Shown here in pieces: positions 63,563 to 64,000 of a stretch of DNA of 64,000 bases. The stretch spans positions 35,340,001 through 35,404,000 of the forward strand of contig CM060734.1 in assembly GCA_030704615.1 (NCBI GenBank), in the 5' to 3' direction. Position 1 is the stretch's first letter. The number at the start of each line of letters is the position of its first letter. The position numbers and the translations under genes are program-made. A model generated the notes under the pieces. It was not told where the DNA came from. It ran no database searches and was given only the letters and a program-made list of their open reading frames with translations. Origin of the DNA: Takakia lepidozioides. Lineage: Eukaryota > Plantae > Bryophyta.

Positions 63563-64000
63563 ATTGCGATGCCACTCAATGGCACTATGAACATTTCGAG
63601 CATGCTGTCAGAAAACTAGACGGGCAAAAACCCAATTCAGCAGCCTCACCTTGCGTGGATACTTGGGAATTGATGCCAGAAGGGCATGCCCGTATGCGCG
63701 CTCCATCGTGCCTCCATCCAGCACATTCTGTAAATGATGAATGACCAAGACCCCGATGTCACACCGTTCTGAGAAGCCACTACGCGCGCTCACAGTATAC
63801 GAAGGCCTTGCCGTGTCAGGATTTCCATTCCCACGTCCCGCCATGTCCGACGCAGCACTTGCATCCTTGTCTCTGCCAGGTGGAGGCAACACGTATTAAA
63901 ATATCTATTCCCCCAAGGCCACATTTTGTTTACCTCTTTTTGTGAAAGCCACGTCAGCAAATGTGCTGTCGAGTCATGGGTGCAATGAATGCGCAGTGGT

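Larger units (their letters stand above)
48590..64000. mobile_element. CACTA (En/Spm) transposon; right end outside the window
   Basis: TIR CACTATAGAAAAAAAAA at 48590, subterminal repeat array, TnpA-like and TnpD genes. No matching ...TAGTG end recognised before 64000. Confidence 0.88.

Overview
Intron-rich nuclear DNA from a land plant. A CCDC103-type dynein factor points to a lineage with flagellated sperm (bryophyte, lycophyte or fern; inference). The first ~40 kb is gene-dense: a 5'-truncated, unusually divergent DNA ligase IV (with a 7-nt micro-exon and two U12-like introns), a CTL1-like GH19 chitinase that keeps its catalytic glutamates, CCDC103, mitochondrial PDH E1-alpha, TTI1, L-galactose dehydrogenase and an organellar glycine-rich RRM protein. 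From ~41.9 kb the window is accessory DNA: a hAT-type MITE with an 8-bp TSD, a tRNA-derived SINE, a same-strand mosaic of gene fragments (RSE1-like, OSB PDF repeats, PPR, ATG18b-like) and a decayed LINE ORF1. A large CACTA transposon is inserted in that LINE at 48590 and runs off the right edge. The best novelty candidate is this element's TnpA-like gene, which appears to carry an FCP1/SCP-type HAD phosphatase domain between its Ptta/En/Spm and TNP1-like domains. Exons were reconstructed by eye; reference protein motifs are recalled from memory, not from searches.
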